DNA of 64,000 nucleotides from Haliotis rubra. Taxonomy: Eukaryota. The notes beneath the pieces are model-generated. The model had not been told where the DNA came from. It saw only the letters and a list, made by a program, of their open reading frames with translations, and made no database searches. Below are positions 62,150 through 64,000 of the stretch, piece after piece (position 1 is the stretch's first letter; the number at the start of each line of letters is the position of its first letter). Made by a program: the position numbers and the translations under genes. Location of the stretch: contig NW_025767346.1 of NCBI RefSeq assembly GCF_003918875.1, forward strand, positions 1,178,001-1,242,000, given 5' to 3'.

Positions 62150-63060
62150 ATTTACTGACCACATAGTTATCCTTCACAATACCCCTCCACCCAATTCCTC
62201 TCTTAATTACCAAACGATCCCGTTTGTTAGTCTTGGATGAAGATTTTCCGAATCCGATCTAAAATTTTTATCTTCACATTTTCCTCAAGAAGCTGATCAC
62301 ACGATCGCGTAATAATCTTCCCTTTTGACCAACCGATCCCCAAATCTAAACCAGTGTCAATGTTTACCCCAATCACCATATTTGACCAACATTGCTCACC
62401 GTTCTCATTGTCCTTTTTGACCAACCGATCTCCAAACTTAAACCATTTTCAATGGTCACCCCAATCACTATACTGGACCATTGTGAACATTTCACACATT
62501 AAAATCTCCCTCTTGACCTACCGATCTCCGCGACTAACGGGATCGGGTGGTCAGGCTCGCTGACTTGGTTGACACACGTCATCGGTTCCCAAATGCGCGG
62601 ATCGATGCTCATGCTGTTGATCACTGGATTGTCTGGTCCAGACCCGATTATTTATAAACCGCCGCCATATAGCTGGAATATTGCGGCGAATAGTGCGGCG
62701 TAAAACTATACTCACTCACTCACTCATCACATTTAACCAACAATGTTCACCTTTATAATCTTCCCTTTTGGCCAACCCATCTCCAATTTGAACCGATATA
62801 AAGCTCACCCAATCATCATGTTGTATTTGCATTCCTCATCACCAAACCGAGGGGTGGGTGTGGGGTGTGGGGTGTGTGCGTTCGCTCGTCACGCCGAAGA
62901 CCCGGGTTCGATTTCCCACATGGGTACAACGTGTGAAACCCATTTCTTGTGTCCCCTGGTGTCGTATTGCTGGAATATTGCTAAAGGCGGCGTAAAACTA
63001 TGCTCACTCACTCAACACCAAACCCTTCCAGAAGGGCTGACCACCCGATTCACAAAACCA
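62150..63060. repeat. Degenerate ~90-100-bp tandem repeat (CCTTTTGACCAACCGATCTCCAAA...CCCAATCA) with a family B (62530-62725) and a family A (62870-63012) insertion
   Basis: TTGACCAACCGATC-like cores at about 62207, 62325, 62417, 62513 and 62768. Confidence 0.7.
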
Positions 63061-63829
63061 TCATAACTGGCCACAAAAAATCATCATGCCCAGGTTGTGG
63101 ACACACAAGGACCACATGGATGAATTTCCAAATATCTTATTATTTTTAAAAATGCAATTTGTCTGCACTTCAATTTAATTTCACTTTTTTTATTTCAGAA
63201 AAGAATGTGAAAAGAGACATGTTTCCTACAGGACCTTAGGAACAGTAAGTAAATTTTATTATTATGTTATACATTTTAATTCCCCAACCGGTGTGTCTCT
63301 CTCTCTATATATATACATAACCTCGATAAATAAGCATTCAAAGCATTCATCACATTGCACGTTTTGTTCGCCCAACACTTTCAATGACCCAACCAGTGAC
63401 TATGTGAGCGGACGCGTCAAGGAAATATTTTATGATTAACTCGCGTACAAAAAAATACGTTTAGTAAGTGAATGGTCTTCGATCGAGAGTGAACCAGGGT
63501 CAATCACTATATAAACAATGACTGTCCGTATCTAGCGAGGCCAAGTATCGATATTCCTGTCACCTGTGCGATAAGGTGCTATGATTTATGGGCTCTGTTA
63601 TAAGGATGTCGGTCATAAAAAATATGCTTTCATTCCCTAATTTATTTATCTTCCCCTCGTGTCATCTACATGCATATAGTTGTGCAGTGTATTTCGACTG
63701 TTCTTCCAGAGACTCTAGACTTGGAACGGGAGTTAACGGTATTAGCATTGGCTTAGGGTGCAGAAAAAAATACATATATACGAACCTATCTCCAATGCTT
63801 TAACATAGGCTTACGCTCATCGTAGCGCT

Positions 63830-63996
63830 GGGGTAGCCCGGCGGTTAAAGCGTTCGATCGTCACGCCGAAGGCTCGGGTTCGATTCCACACATGGGTACA
63901 ATATATTAAACCAATTGCTGGTGTCCTCCGCCGTGATATTCCTGGAATATTGCTAAAAGCTGCATAAAACCCAACTCACCCACTCACTCACTCACT
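63830..63996 (+). mobile_element. Family A SINE
   Basis: GGGGTAGCCCGGCGGTTAAAGCG...GGTTCGATTCC...(ACTC)n. Confidence 0.85.
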
Positions 63997-64000
63997 AACT

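Overview
This is eukaryotic, repeat-dominated non-coding DNA with one assembly gap (59722-59917). The repeat families suggest an invertebrate, probably a mollusc such as a gastropod; that taxonomic call is recollection, not a database result. No intact protein-coding gene can be supported. The only recognisable protein sequence is the C-terminal remnant of an L2/CR1-group LINE ORF2 (about 45210-45650). Contents: (i) about 35 copies or fragments of a tRNA-Asp-headed SINE (family A); (ii) about 20 copies or fragments of a second ~240-bp retroposon (family B) that shares family A's 3' tail and makes target-site duplications (TSDs), but has no tRNA head and starts at a precise ACCCGTGAAG 5' end; (iii) about 6 related ~110-bp Harbinger-like MITEs, a DINE-1/Helentron-like element and a hAT-like MITE; (iv) more than ten tandem arrays, several with higher-order structure; (v) a 329-bp-arm inverted duplication. 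The most interesting signal is the family B 5' end. It folds into a compact four-helix junction with a loop-loop pseudoknot, supported by compensatory changes between copies, and is a candidate self-cleaving ribozyme or promoter-replacing RNA module. In one copy this head is amplified about 20-fold inside a single 16-bp TSD. A second satellite is derived from the MITE core.
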